DNA of 64,000 nucleotides from Xanthobacteraceae bacterium. GTDB lineage: Bacteria > Pseudomonadota > Alphaproteobacteria > Rhizobiales > Xanthobacteraceae. The translations under genes were made by a program, and so were the position numbers. Below the pieces are notes generated by a model. That model was not told where the DNA came from, did not search any database, and was given only the letters and a program-made list of their open reading frames with translations. Every line of letters starts with the position of its first letter. Position 1 is the stretch's first letter. The stretch is from positions 32,838 to 96,837 of the forward strand of contig JBOHIU010000214.1 of assembly GCA_050725855.1 (NCBI GenBank), in the 5' to 3' direction. This document shows positions 17,093-27,609 of this stretch, in pieces.

Positions 17093-18967
17093 TCACAGCG
17101 GCAGCTTCGGCTCGTTGGTGTGGACGGCGCGGGCCGTTGCCTTTGTTGCGGCAACGGAGCTGGATCGCTGCAGGCTCCAGGCCACGCGCGGCGTGTCGCG
17201 CGCACGGCCGTGTATGACGAGCTGCACCGTGCGCCGCGGTCCTTCGGCTCCGGCCAGATAGACGCTGTCCTCTAGTTCGATGTGCCCGCCGGAGACGACG
17301 AATGTCCATACTTCCTTATCGGGTGCTATCAAGAGGGCGCCTTGGCCTCCTGCGAGCCGCGTGGCTTTGACCGTCGGGTGCAAATGGAAGCGCACGGCAT
17401 ACTCGTCTTGCGCGCTACGGAGCCCGCGATGGCCGTCCGCGGCGAGGAATAGATCCTCGCCTTCAAGCCGGGCGCCATCGGCGGCAAGCACGATCGTGCG
17501 CTGGTGCACCAGTCCGAAGCTGTTGGCGTAACCATCATGGCTGGCGCGCAAGACGATGGCCTCGGGATCGTCCTTGCGAGTCACCGCGAGGTGCCGTGGG
17601 CCGTCGAGCATCGGAGCGCCGCCGAACACACGTCGCAAGGCCGGCGAAGTAACGAAGCGGGCGGACGACGTGTCATTAAATGTCACCGTTGAATGCGATG
17701 GCGTCGCCCGCGCGAGCTGGCGCCAGTCTTCGCGTGCCGTCGGCGGCATGCCGCAATTGACGATCAGCAGATTGTGCTGCGGCGTGGAAAATTCGAAGGA
17801 CAGGCAGCCGGCGTGGGCTTCGAGACTCATCTCAACGGGTGGAGGGCGACCGACATCCATGATCAATACCGCGCCGCCGGCTTCGAGGCGCTGATAACCC
17901 GAATGCGATGCGTTCGATAGCGGCGCGCCGCCCGTCTCGTCGTAAGCGAGCAGCGTCAGCAGGAGATCGGCCGGGGTCGGACCCATGCCGTTGAAGCGCG
18001 CGAAACTGCCGTCGGAATGACGGAAAAAGCGGATCATCGGCATCATGCGGTCGATGGCATTGAGCAGCGCCGGCGGCGGCGCGACATTGCGCGACGCGTA
18101 GATCTGACGCAGCGGCAATAATTCGAGCAGGATTTCGACCACGGCGGCAGGGTCTCGGGCGGCGTGGCCGCCGTCGGGCAGGATCTGCCGTTGCAGTTCC
18201 TGCCGCAGCCGAGTGGTGGCCGAATTGATGCGGCGCGACTGTCCAGCGATGCACAGCGCCGACTCGGCAATAGCGACGACCGCTTGGAGATGCGCCATCC
18301 CGCGTCGCGCATCGGCTGCCGTGTAGCGCAAATAGTGCACCTGACAAGTGAGGCTACGCAGGAAACGACGATAAAATGCAACGTCAGCATCCTGCAGGAC
18401 CAGCGCCGCCTGGCTGAACCAGGAGATGACGCGGCGTGACAGCACGTCCGGCCGCCAGGCCAGCGGATGCCACGAGCCTTGCAGTGCGATCCATTCATCG
18501 ACCAGCGCGCGCGCGTTGGCGCGGCTGATCGCCGACTCGGCGGCGCGCAAATGGCGCAGCCAGGCGAATCCCAAAAGCTCGGCCGCCCATTCCTCCGATG
18601 GCGGGTCCATTGCGAAGATCGAGCGGCCGTCGCAGATCACCACCTTGCCGGCAAAGGCAAAACGGCCGGCGTAAATTTCACTGGCGTGGGTGGCGTCGGA
18701 AGTCCGCAAATCCGGCGGGGCGATCAGCAACCGCTCAGTTCGGAGCGAGAGAATAGGCCAGCACAGCAGCCGACGGCCGGCTAGGCGTCCGGCAAACTGA
18801 CGCAGACCGCTGCGCAGCAACAGCCACGGCACCTTTGCGTGATCACCAAATGCAAGGCGCGCCATCGCGGCGCTCGCCCCTTTCTGCCCACGTCCCGGGC
18901 GCGCGTGCCCGCTCGCATCATAAAGTGGCAGCGGCGGGCGAATCCTTCCCTTAAGGTATTGCAGCAC
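17093..18967 (-). CDS. heparinase II/III-family protein (conserved alphaproteobacterial, function unknown)
   Basis: 624-aa ORF in the conserved position between rsmB and purH. The true start may be Met35 (MARLAFGDH). Confidence 0.75.
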   Translation of the reverse strand: MLQYLKGRIRPPLPLYDASGHARPGRGQKGASAAMARLAFGDHAKVPWLLLRSGLRQFAGRLAGRRLLCWPILSLRTERLLIAPPDLRTSDATHASEIYAGRFAFAGKVVICDGRSIFAMDPPSEEWAAELLGFAWLRHLRAAESAISRANARALVDEWIALQGSWHPLAWRPDVLSRRVISWFSQAALVLQDADVAFYRRFLRSLTCQVHYLRYTAADARRGMAHLQAVVAIAESALCIAGQSRRINSATTRLRQELQRQILPDGGHAARDPAAVVEILLELLPLRQIYASRNVAPPPALLNAIDRMMPMIRFFRHSDGSFARFNGMGPTPADLLLTLLAYDETGGAPLSNASHSGYQRLEAGGAVLIMDVGRPPPVEMSLEAHAGCLSFEFSTPQHNLLIVNCGMPPTAREDWRQLARATPSHSTVTFNDTSSARFVTSPALRRVFGGAPMLDGPRHLAVTRKDDPEAIVLRASHDGYANSFGLVHQRTIVLAADGARLEGEDLFLAADGHRGLRSAQDEYAVRFHLHPTVKATRLAGGQGALLIAPDKEVWTFVVSGGHIELEDSVYLAGAEGPRRTVQLVIHGRARDTPRVAWSLQRSSSVAATKATARAVHTNEPKLPL

Positions 18968-20386
18968 CTATGATTTTTCCAGCCTTGCGGCGTAGAAACC
19001 GTCGAGACCGCTGAGCCGCCAATCGGCATCTGGAAGCTGGCACGGCAGCGTGCGAAGGTCGCCTCGTTTGCTGATGAACTCGCCGTGGCCGAACACTTCG
19101 CTAGCCGTGATCGGAATGCGGCGTACGCCCGTCTCGCGGGCGAGCGCTACCGCCACGACCTCCTCGTTCTCCTCGGGCTCGAGTGAGCACGTGCAGTAGA
19201 TCAATGTGCCACCCGCTTTGGTGAGCGCCAGTGCGTGTTCGATCAAGCGGCTTTGTGCGCGTGCGAGCCCTGCGATGTCGGACGCGCGTTTAAGCCATGG
19301 CACGTCGGGGTGACGGCGAATGGTGCCGGTCGACGAGCACGGTGCATCAACCAGCACGGCGTCGAATTTTTGCTCAGTGGTCCACGTCGTTGCATCGGCG
19401 CAGACGGATTCAACCGCAAGCGAAAGCCGTTCCAGATTTTGGCGCACCCGATCGAGCCGTGCCGGCGCCCGGTCGACAGAGGTGACGAGAGCACCGGCGG
19501 CTGCAAGCTGTGCGGTTTTGCCGCCGGGCGCGGCACAGAGATCGGCGACGCGCTTGCCCTTGAGGTCACCGAAAAGACGCGCCGGCAGCGCCGCCGCAGC
19601 GTCCTGGACCCACCATGCGCCCTCGGTGAATCCCGGCAGCCCGGTGATCGGCCCATGAGGAATGGTGCGCACCGTGCCGGTCAGCACGACGCGCCCATTA
19701 AGGTGGCCCGCCCAGGTCTCGGGATCGGACTTGACCGTGAGATCGAGGCCGGGCTCATGGCCGTTCGCGGCGGCGATCGCCCGCGCCGTCCCTTCGCCGT
19801 AATTCTTAGTCCAGCGGTCCAGCAGCCAAGGTGGCGCGTCGAGAACAACGGGATCGAGCGTGGCGAGCCGCTCCGTCCCCTCGCGGATTAGGCGACGCAG
19901 CACGGCGTTAACGAGGCCTGCATAGCGCGCGGCGCCCCGGTCGGCCTGCGCGAGGCGCACCGCAAGATCGACGGCGGCATGATCGGGGATCTGCAGGAAC
20001 AGTATCTGCGCCGCGCCAAGGAGCAACACCGTCTCTACGAGCGGCGCTTGCGCCGGCGGCCCGCGGTCGAGAAAGAGACCGATGAGATGGCGCAGGGTGC
20101 CGAGTCGGCGGAGCACGGTCGCAACGAGCGCCCGCACGAGCGCACGGTCACGCTCGGCCAGACCGGTCAGACGTGTCGAGCCGTTGAGTTGTTCATCGAG
20201 TGCGCGGTGCCGCCGCAGCACCCCCTCCAGGATATCGGCCGCGACACGGCGCGCGGCGAAACCCGGCGTGTCGTCGATGCGATGAGTGCCGGCCGGCACT
20301 TGTGGACCTATCGGCAACGAAAAATTCCTCCTTGCGGCCGGCGCACGGCTACGCCAAGTCAGGATCGATGCCAACCGATCATCCAT
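18968..20386 (-). CDS. rsmB: 16S rRNA (cytosine967-C5)-methyltransferase
   Basis: 472 aa. NusB-like N-terminal domain plus SAM-MTase motifs DLCAAPGGKT, DAPCSSTGTIRRHPD, YCTCSLEPEENE. Confidence 0.9.
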   Translation of the reverse strand: MDDRLASILTWRSRAPAARRNFSLPIGPQVPAGTHRIDDTPGFAARRVAADILEGVLRRHRALDEQLNGSTRLTGLAERDRALVRALVATVLRRLGTLRHLIGLFLDRGPPAQAPLVETVLLLGAAQILFLQIPDHAAVDLAVRLAQADRGAARYAGLVNAVLRRLIREGTERLATLDPVVLDAPPWLLDRWTKNYGEGTARAIAAANGHEPGLDLTVKSDPETWAGHLNGRVVLTGTVRTIPHGPITGLPGFTEGAWWVQDAAAALPARLFGDLKGKRVADLCAAPGGKTAQLAAAGALVTSVDRAPARLDRVRQNLERLSLAVESVCADATTWTTEQKFDAVLVDAPCSSTGTIRRHPDVPWLKRASDIAGLARAQSRLIEHALALTKAGGTLIYCTCSLEPEENEEVVAVALARETGVRRIPITASEVFGHGEFISKRGDLRTLPCQLPDADWRLSGLDGFYAARLEKS

Positions 20387-20604
20387 TGCCCGATCCGTCC
20401 GCGTCGAAAGCCGCCGGCAGCGGAGCCGGTGAGAAGCGACAGCTCTCCGCGGCCGCCCAACGCGCTCTTGCCGAAGCCGCCGCGCGCCGCGCGGCGCGAG
20501 AGCAGGAGGCGGCCAATCCGCCGACGGAGGTCAACGGTCGCGGCGGTGTTGATCCGACCCGCTATGGCGATTGGGAAATCAACGGCTTGGCGACGGATTT
20601 TTGA
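20368..20604 (+). CDS. DUF1674 (SDHAF4-like) small protein
   Basis: Internal ATG of ORF 20200..20604. C-terminal GVDPTRYGDWEINGLATDF is the DUF1674 signature. Confidence 0.8.
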   Translation: MPTDHPLPDPSASKAAGSGAGEKRQLSAAAQRALAEAAARRAAREQEAANPPTEVNGRGGVDPTRYGDWEINGLATDF

Positions 20605-20686
20605 GGTCTTTCGCCGTCGCGGTTGACCGATCGCGGATTTGTCCCTCTATGGCTGGAGCCTGCTTTCTCTCTGCTTGAGGCCTATT

Positions 20687-21223
20687 TTATCGCGTGACGA
20701 CCACTGTCGTGCCGACGCGAACACGGCTGAAGAGATCGGTGACGTCGGCGTTGTACATGCGAATGCAGCCATGGGATACCAAGCGGCCGATCAGCTGCGG
20801 TTGGTTGGTGCCGTGGATGGCATATTGCCCGCCACCGGAGAGTGTCATCGCCGCGACACCCATCGGATTATGCGGTGACCCGCCCGGGATCACGACAGGG
20901 TACTTGCTGTAATCCTTCCGGATCGAGGCCGGTGCCGTCCATGCCGGCTCGACATACTTGCCATCGATCTGCACCCTGCCGGTCCATTGCATGGAGGGGC
21001 GGCCGACCGCGACGGGATACCGGATCGCCTCGCTGTTGCCTAGCATGAGATAGAGGCGCCGCTCGCTTTGCCGCACCACAATGGTTCCGACCGGGTAACT
21101 GTTCGTGACCGTCACGAGCTCAGGGCGCGCCGCTGCCGGCCGGGGCGCAAGCGCAACGAAAGAAAAGGCCGCGAGCGCGGCCGCCAATAGAGTCTTTACA
21201 CGCATGCTGGAATTCCCCGTCAC
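20687..21223 (-). CDS. L,D-transpeptidase (YkuD domain), secreted
   Basis: 178 aa with a signal peptide. Active-site motif HGTNQPQLIGRLVSHGCIRM. Confidence 0.9.
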   Translation of the reverse strand: MTGNSSMRVKTLLAAALAAFSFVALAPRPAAARPELVTVTNSYPVGTIVVRQSERRLYLMLGNSEAIRYPVAVGRPSMQWTGRVQIDGKYVEPAWTAPASIRKDYSKYPVVIPGGSPHNPMGVAAMTLSGGGQYAIHGTNQPQLIGRLVSHGCIRMYNADVTDLFSRVRVGTTVVVTR

Positions 21224-21384
21224 AACGCGCTCGCCAGCCGCGGGGCCCCAATCCCCGCGGTTATCAAGTGGAAACCATCATAGCCGAAACGGCAGACACT
21301 CTCAGCAACGGCCCAGTATTACGGTAAAGTATTTGCAAATTTCGGGCGTCGCCGGCGCGCCGCTCGTCGTCCCGAGGTGAAATC

Positions 21385-21551
21385 CTAGTGTCCCGATTCC
21401 GAAGTTCGCATCATTGTGTGGCCCCCTCGTTTGCGAACTTCGCAATCGAAAGGACACTAGCAAGTTGTCGATCTAGTACGGCTTTGGTTCAGAAGTCCGC
21501 ATAACGAGCCCCGCCGTAAGAATAATGCGGACTTCTGAACCGCCACACTAG
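21385..21551 (-). repeat. double-hairpin intergenic element, copy 2 (subfamily 1, inverted orientation)
   Basis: CTAGTGTCCCGATTCCGAAGTTCGCA..TGCGAACTTCGCAATCGAAAGGACACTAG / CAAGTTGTCGAT / CTAGTACGGCTTTGGTTCAGAAGTCCGCAT..ATGCGGACTTCTGAACCGCCACACTAG. The terminal CTAG contains the acs stop codon. Confidence 0.92.
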
Positions 21552-23497
21552 GCGTTTTCCTTGCTTCGATTCTGCCGGTTCTTGACCAGGTCGTCGACCA
21601 CCGCCGGATCGGCAAGCGTCGACGTGTCGCCGAGATTGCCGGACTCGCCCTCGGCGATCTTGCGCAGAATGCGTCGCATGATTTTGCCCGAGCGGGTCTT
21701 CGGCAGGCTTGGAGCGAACTGGATGAGATCGGGCGAAGCGATCGGACCGATTTCTTTGCGCACCCAGTCGACGAGATCCTTATGCAATTTTTCGCCGGGT
21801 TGTTCGCCCGCCATGAGCGTGACATAGGCGTAGATGCCCTGTCCTTTGATGTCGTGCGGATAACCGACGACGGCGGCTTCGGACACTTTCGGATGCGCCA
21901 CCAGCGCCGATTCGACCTCGGCCGTGCCGAGCCGATGGCCCGCGACGTTGATAACATCATCGACGCGGCCGGTGATCCAGTAATAGCCGTCCTCGTCGCG
22001 GCGGCAGCCGTCGCCGGTGAAATACTTTCCTGGATAAGTGCTGAAATAGGTGTCGATGAAGCGCTGATGGTCACCATAGACGGTGCGCATCTGCCCGGGC
22101 CAAGAATCGGCAAGACAGAGATTGCCGCTGCCGGCACCCTCTTGCACTTTGCCGTCGCCATCGACGATTTGAGGAACAATACCGAAGAACGGTTGGGTCG
22201 CCGAGCCCGGTTTAAGCCGAGTCGCGCCCGGCAGCGGCGTAATCAGGATGCCGCCAGTTTCGGTCTGCCACCAGGTGTCGACGACGGGACATCGGCCATC
22301 GCCAACGACGCGGTGATACCATTCCCACGCTTCCGGATTGATCGGTTCGCCGACGCTGCCCAGAAGCCGCAGTGACGCGCGCGAGGTTTTAGTCACCGGC
22401 GCGTCTCCCGCCTGCATCAGGGCGCGGATCGCGGTCGGCGCGGTGTAGAAGATATTGACTTGGTGCTTGTCGATCACTTCCCAGAAGCGCGACATGCTGG
22501 GGTAGTTCGGCACGCCCTCGAACATCAGCGTGGTGGCGCCGTTGCAGAGCGGACCATAGACGATATAGCTGTGGCCGGTGACCCAGCCGACGTCGGCGGT
22601 GCACCAATAGACATCGCCGTCGTGGTAATCGAAGACGTATTGGTGCGTCATCGACGTAAAGACCAGATAGCCGCCGGTCGTGTGCAACACGCCTTTCGGC
22701 TTTCCGGTCGAGCCAGACGTATAGAGGATGAACAGCGGGTCTTCCGCGTTCATTTCCTCGCACGGACAATCGGCGGTTACGACTTCCTTGGCCTCATGAT
22801 ACCAGACGTCCCGGACCGGATCCATGTCGACCGGCGCGCCGGTCCGCTTGACCACAATGACGAAATCGACGCCGCCGGCTTTTGCGACCGCCGCATCGGT
22901 GTTGGCCTTGAGCGGAATCTTGCGGCCGCCGCGCAGCCCCTCGTCGGCGGTTATGACGACTTTCGACTTGCAGTCTTCGATGCGGCCGGCCAGCGACTCC
23001 GGTGAGAAACCGCCAAACACCACGGAATGAATGGCGCCAATGCGCGCGCAGGCGAGCATGGCGTAAGCCGCCTCCGGGATCATCGGCATATAGATGGTGA
23101 CGCAGTCGCCCTTCTTGACGTTGCGATTGCGCAGGATGTTGGCGAAGCGACAGACCTCGTCATGCAGTTCGCGATAGGTGATTTTCTTTGATTCTTTCGG
23201 GTCGTCGGCTTCCCAGATGATCGCCGTCTGATTACCGCGCAAATGCAGATGGCGATCGATGCAATTATAGGCGGCATTGGTAGCGCCGTCCTCGAACCAT
23301 TTGATCGATACCGGTTTGGCGAAGGAGGTATTCTTGACCTTGCTGAAATGCTTCATCCAGTGGATGCGGTTGGCCTGCTCGGCCCAGAATGCATTTGGCT
23401 CCTTGAGCGAGGCCGCATACATTTGCTGGTACTTGGCGTCATCGACATAGGCGCGCTTTTTCCATTCCGCCGGCACGTCATAAATTTTTTCGCTCAT
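21548..23497 (-). CDS. acs: acetyl-CoA synthetase
   Basis: 649 aa, full-length Acs similarity ([33 protein letters not shown]). Confidence 0.95.
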   Translation of the reverse strand: MSEKIYDVPAEWKKRAYVDDAKYQQMYAASLKEPNAFWAEQANRIHWMKHFSKVKNTSFAKPVSIKWFEDGATNAAYNCIDRHLHLRGNQTAIIWEADDPKESKKITYRELHDEVCRFANILRNRNVKKGDCVTIYMPMIPEAAYAMLACARIGAIHSVVFGGFSPESLAGRIEDCKSKVVITADEGLRGGRKIPLKANTDAAVAKAGGVDFVIVVKRTGAPVDMDPVRDVWYHEAKEVVTADCPCEEMNAEDPLFILYTSGSTGKPKGVLHTTGGYLVFTSMTHQYVFDYHDGDVYWCTADVGWVTGHSYIVYGPLCNGATTLMFEGVPNYPSMSRFWEVIDKHQVNIFYTAPTAIRALMQAGDAPVTKTSRASLRLLGSVGEPINPEAWEWYHRVVGDGRCPVVDTWWQTETGGILITPLPGATRLKPGSATQPFFGIVPQIVDGDGKVQEGAGSGNLCLADSWPGQMRTVYGDHQRFIDTYFSTYPGKYFTGDGCRRDEDGYYWITGRVDDVINVAGHRLGTAEVESALVAHPKVSEAAVVGYPHDIKGQGIYAYVTLMAGEQPGEKLHKDLVDWVRKEIGPIASPDLIQFAPSLPKTRSGKIMRRILRKIAEGESGNLGDTSTLADPAVVDDLVKNRQNRSKENA

Positions 23498-23780
23498 CGC
23501 GCTCCTCCGTAACGCCGCAGCTTAAGTCCTTCATGGCGCGGCCTTATTGCTCCGCGGGCCGGTTTGTCATGCAGCATTATGCGCCGGTCGCGCGCGAGGC
23601 GACAAGGTCTCGTCTGTGTCGACGGCTTGTCGCGCTGCCGGAATTGGGGAGCGGGCCAGAAGCTCGTCGTCGCGATCTCAGACAGGAGATCACCGGTGGG
23701 CTGAAGAAGATACCCGGCGACTCCCACATTGGCGTCGCGCAGGCGGAGTTGGCAGGTTCAGCGGATCGATCAGATGCGAG

Positions 23781-24098
23781 TCACACCGAGCCGGTGATCC
23801 ACTGCTCCAGCTTCAGCTTGGGAGCGGCGCCGATCTGGCGGGAGGCGAGTTGACCGTCCTTGAACAGCATCAGTGTCGGAATCGACATGATGCCATATTT
23901 CGCCGCGGTGCCGGGGTTCTCGTCGACATTGAGCTTGACAATTTTGACCTTGCCGCCGAGCGACTTGGAAATTTCTTCAAGCGCCGGCGCGATCATCCGG
24001 CATGGGCCGCACCACTCAGCCCAGAAGTCGACGACTACGGGCTCGTTTGCCTTGAGCACGTCCTGATCGAACGTTGCATCGGTGACTTTGTCGACCAT
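23781..24098 (-). CDS. trxA: thioredoxin
   Basis: 105 aa with WAEWCGPCR. Confidence 0.95.
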   Translation of the reverse strand: MVDKVTDATFDQDVLKANEPVVVDFWAEWCGPCRMIAPALEEISKSLGGKVKIVKLNVDENPGTAAKYGIMSIPTLMLFKDGQLASRQIGAAPKLKLEQWITGSV

Positions 24099-24168
24099 GG
24101 AAAACCTCGTTTTTGGCCAAGGAGATCGTGCCGGCGAGCGTCGAAACTATGAACCGTCTCCGCTGGCG

Positions 24169-27100
24169 TCAAGGGACTTTCACCGCACCGTGACAGGCAT
24201 TCATGAGCACTTTGGCAACTGCTGTTTCCATTGATGCTTCAGGCAATTCGATCAGATGCGGACCCTCGGTGAAGATCAGGGCGGCGCGCACCCGCTTGTC
24301 GGGATACAGACGCGACAGTATTGCCCGATAGAGCCCGAGCTGGGCGACGTAGGGTTCGACTTCGACGAGGTCCGATGGAATGGCACGATCGCTCTTGTAG
24401 TCGGCAATCAGCACGGCATCGTCCATGACGGCCAGACGATCGACCTGACCCGAGACCGGCATCGGTTCGGCGCCGGCGCATGGAATATGCCCTACGATCG
24501 GAGTTTCCGCCCGACTGCTCGCTGCGAATAGCGGCGCAAAGCTCGCATTATCGAGAATAGCGAGGACCTGCCGGACGATTTCCGCCCGCTCCGTGGCGGC
24601 AAATTCGGCTGCAGATTTTGCCAAATAGCGTTCCGCGGCGTCTTGGCGCCGCGCAAGCGGAATGTCGGGAAGCGATTGCAGCAGTCGATGCACCAGACGG
24701 CCCCGCGCGAGTGCCTTCTGCCGCGCGAACGCCGAGGCTCCTCTGCGTGCGCCGCCGTCCTCATCAAACACGGTGGACGGCGATAACGGCGCGCGGCGCC
24801 GCGGTGGCTCGGACGCCGGGCGTCGCAACCAGTCCGGCACCCTGACCAGTTCGATCCTGCCGCCGGTTGCCGGCTGTTCGCGTTCGCCCGCGCCGGATCC
24901 GTGGCTCCGATAACGCAAGACCTTTTCCTCGTTTTCAGCTTCCTCGACCAGCATTGAGTCGAGCGCACCGCGGATGAGATCGTACCAGCAGCCTTTCGGC
25001 CGCCCGCGCAGGCCGTCGGCGCCGCAGACAATTAGCGTGTCGGCGGCGCGCGTCATGGCGACGTAGAGCAGCCGGCGATATTCGTGTTCGGCTTCGGTCA
25101 GCACCTCGCTACGCGCCGCGGCGACGCTACCCGGGTCGTCGTCCTTTCGTCCCGCCCAGACGATCGCGCCGGAGTCGAGCGGCAACAGCCGCGGCGGTCG
25201 TGGACCGCCGGGCGGCGTCACGGTATCGGCCAGAATGACGATGGGGGCTTCAAGGCCTTTGGCGCCATGCACGGTCATGACCCGGACTTCGTCGCGCGCG
25301 ATCTCCATGTCGCGTTTTACTTCGGCACGGGCGTCACGCAGCCAGGCGAGAAATCCTTGCAATGAGGGCGTCTCACGCCGCTCGTAATCCAAGGCGACGT
25401 TGAGAAACTCATCAAGTGCATCGTTTGCTTCCGGCCCGAGCCGCGCCAGAAAGCGCGCTCGAGCGCCGCCGGGGCCGAGCAGATGCGCATAAAATGAAAA
25501 CGGGGTATCGCGCCGCGCGGCCTCCGCCAGGTCGTCGAGCCGGGCCGCGGCTTTAGCAAAAATCGGTCGCTCGCCGGCCTTGCGCCGAAGCGCGCCTCGC
25601 AGTGTAGCCCGGCCGCGATCCCATGCGATATCGAACAGGTCTTCGTCCTCGAAGCCGAACAGCGGGCTGCGCAGCACCGTCGCCAGCGCGAGATCGTCCT
25701 GCGGCAAGAGCAGGGCGTCGGCCAGCGTCATCAAATCCATGACGGCGATGTGCTCGGTGAGCACCAGCCGGTCGGCGCCGGCGACCTGCACCTGCTGATT
25801 CTTGAGCGCGCGAATGATGGCCTCGAATAGCTCGCCGCGCTGGCGTACCAGGATCAGAACGTCGCCGTAACGGGCCCGGCCGCTGTCCACCGCCCGGCGC
25901 ACGGCGCGCGCGATGCGTCGCGCGAGCTTCACCCGTGGACTCGTTTCGCTGACGGTGTCGAACGGGGCATCCCAGCCCTCGATCTCCTGGCGCTCATCGG
26001 GCTGCTCCGCGTCCCAGATTTCAACCACGCTCGGCGGGGCGTCCGGCAGCGCGATGTGCGGCGGAAAACCGTCGAGATCCGAGGTGACGCTGCGCGCGAT
26101 ATCCATCCGCTTGAACACCTTGTCCACCGCGCCAAGTACGCTGTCGCCCGATCGGAACGAATGCTCGAATTTGCTGACGACGAACGTCTGTCGGCTGTTA
26201 TCGTGGGCTGCCTTGAAGTGGCGCAACATTTCCGCAAATTCCTTGGGCGCGGCGTCCTGGAACGAGTAGATCGACTGCTTTTCGTCGCCGACCGCGAAGA
26301 TGGTGCGTTTGGCGCTGCGCGCACCGGCGCCGGCGGTAAACTCGGCCGTGAGCAGCCGCACGATGCTCCATTGCTTGGCGCTGGTGTCCTGCGCTTCATC
26401 GACCAGGACGTGGTCGATACCCAGGTCGAGCTTGTAATGAACCCAGGAGGCATCGCAGCTCGAAAGCAGCGTCAGCGTTTTATCGATCAGATCGTCGTAA
26501 TCCAGCAGGCCGCGGCGCCCTTTCTCGGCGCGATAGCGCCGCAGAACCTCATCTGTCACAATGACCAGGGCCGCGCTCCGATCGCGGCAGATAGCGGCGC
26601 GTACCCGTTGCAGGATGGCGCATACGCGCTGCTGTTCGGCGGCAAGGCGTGCGGTTACCGAGGTGTCGACGATCGCTTTGGTGACGATGGATTTGCGCGG
26701 CGTGCGCCCGTCGCTGGTACAGAATATGTCGAGGTAGCTGTTGACGAGCTCTGAGCCGGACAGCGTTGCGAGCTTGCGCAGGCGGTCGGCCTGATCGCGA
26801 TCCGTCTTGTTACCTTGATCCAGAATTGCAGCGAGCGCCGGCCACTCGGTTGGTGCAATGGCCTCACCCGAAAGGTATTCGGCTTCTATCTTCTCTAGTT
26901 CGTCGGCCGGATCGACGCCAAGCCGCGTCGATAATCCTGCAATCGCGGCGGTCACGCTGCCGGCACTTTCGACCCATCGCGTGATCGCGTCATGGCGGCC
27001 GATCGCCTCGCGGATCACGTCGCGAAACGTTTGATCGGCCGCGGCCGTCATGGCGAAGGCCAGCGCGCGACCAAGGTCGCTGTCCGGCGCGGCGGCGCCA

Positions 27101-27609
27101 TCGAGCAGCACGGCGAGCGTCAGCTTTTCAAGAAGCTGCGACTGCTGGGCGTCGTCGAGCACGGAAAAGCGCGCGGCGACGTTCGCCTCGAATGGAAACT
27201 GATGCAGAAGCTGCGTGCAGAACGCGTGGATGGTATGAACCTTAAGGCCGCCGGGCGTTTCGAGCGCACGGGCGAAGAGTTGCCGCGCACGCGTCCGCAA
27301 CGGCCCACTCGGCGTCATTCGGGAGTGGTCGAGGATAGCCTGATCGAGATCGCCCTCGTTGAGCGTGGTCCAGTGCGCGAGCCGGTCAAACACCTGTTTC
27401 GCCATATTGGCGGCGGCGGCTTTGGTGAATGTGATGCAGAGTATCTTCTCCGCCTCCGCGCCCTTGAGCAGCAGATTGATGACGCGCTGTGCCAGCACGT
27501 AGGTCTTGCCGGCGCCGGCGTTGGCGGCGACCCAGGCCGAGACGTCGGGATCGGAGGCATCCTGTTGGCGCCGGCGCACCTCGTCGGGAATACTGTGCGG
27601 CGCTCTCAC
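24169..27609 (-). CDS. addA: double-strand break repair helicase-nuclease AddA (alphaproteobacterial type)
   Basis: 1146 aa. UvrD-type helicase (ANAGAGKTYVL, VDEAQDTS) plus C-terminal RecB-type nuclease (LIADYKSD). Confidence 0.92.
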   Translation of the reverse strand: MRAPHSIPDEVRRRQQDASDPDVSAWVAANAGAGKTYVLAQRVINLLLKGAEAEKILCITFTKAAAANMAKQVFDRLAHWTTLNEGDLDQAILDHSRMTPSGPLRTRARQLFARALETPGGLKVHTIHAFCTQLLHQFPFEANVAARFSVLDDAQQSQLLEKLTLAVLLDGAAAPDSDLGRALAFAMTAAADQTFRDVIREAIGRHDAITRWVESAGSVTAAIAGLSTRLGVDPADELEKIEAEYLSGEAIAPTEWPALAAILDQGNKTDRDQADRLRKLATLSGSELVNSYLDIFCTSDGRTPRKSIVTKAIVDTSVTARLAAEQQRVCAILQRVRAAICRDRSAALVIVTDEVLRRYRAEKGRRGLLDYDDLIDKTLTLLSSCDASWVHYKLDLGIDHVLVDEAQDTSAKQWSIVRLLTAEFTAGAGARSAKRTIFAVGDEKQSIYSFQDAAPKEFAEMLRHFKAAHDNSRQTFVVSKFEHSFRSGDSVLGAVDKVFKRMDIARSVTSDLDGFPPHIALPDAPPSVVEIWDAEQPDERQEIEGWDAPFDTVSETSPRVKLARRIARAVRRAVDSGRARYGDVLILVRQRGELFEAIIRALKNQQVQVAGADRLVLTEHIAVMDLMTLADALLLPQDDLALATVLRSPLFGFEDEDLFDIAWDRGRATLRGALRRKAGERPIFAKAAARLDDLAEAARRDTPFSFYAHLLGPGGARARFLARLGPEANDALDEFLNVALDYERRETPSLQGFLAWLRDARAEVKRDMEIARDEVRVMTVHGAKGLEAPIVILADTVTPPGGPRPPRLLPLDSGAIVWAGRKDDDPGSVAAARSEVLTEAEHEYRRLLYVAMTRAADTLIVCGADGLRGRPKGCWYDLIRGALDSMLVEEAENEEKVLRYRSHGSGAGEREQPATGGRIELVRVPDWLRRPASEPPRRRAPLSPSTVFDEDGGARRGASAFARQKALARGRLVHRLLQSLPDIPLARRQDAAERYLAKSAAEFAATERAEIVRQVLAILDNASFAPLFAASSRAETPIVGHIPCAGAEPMPVSGQVDRLAVMDDAVLIADYKSDRAIPSDLVEVEPYVAQLGLYRAILSRLYPDKRVRAALIFTEGPHLIELPEASMETAVAKVLMNACHGAVKVP

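Noticed and set aside
23494-23727. 77-aa minus-strand ORF whose TGA overlaps the acs ATG (ATGA), looking like a coupled upstream ORF.
   Set aside because: Its composition is Arg/Pro-rich and non-protein-like, with no start context or recognisable family. The overlap is most likely coincidental.
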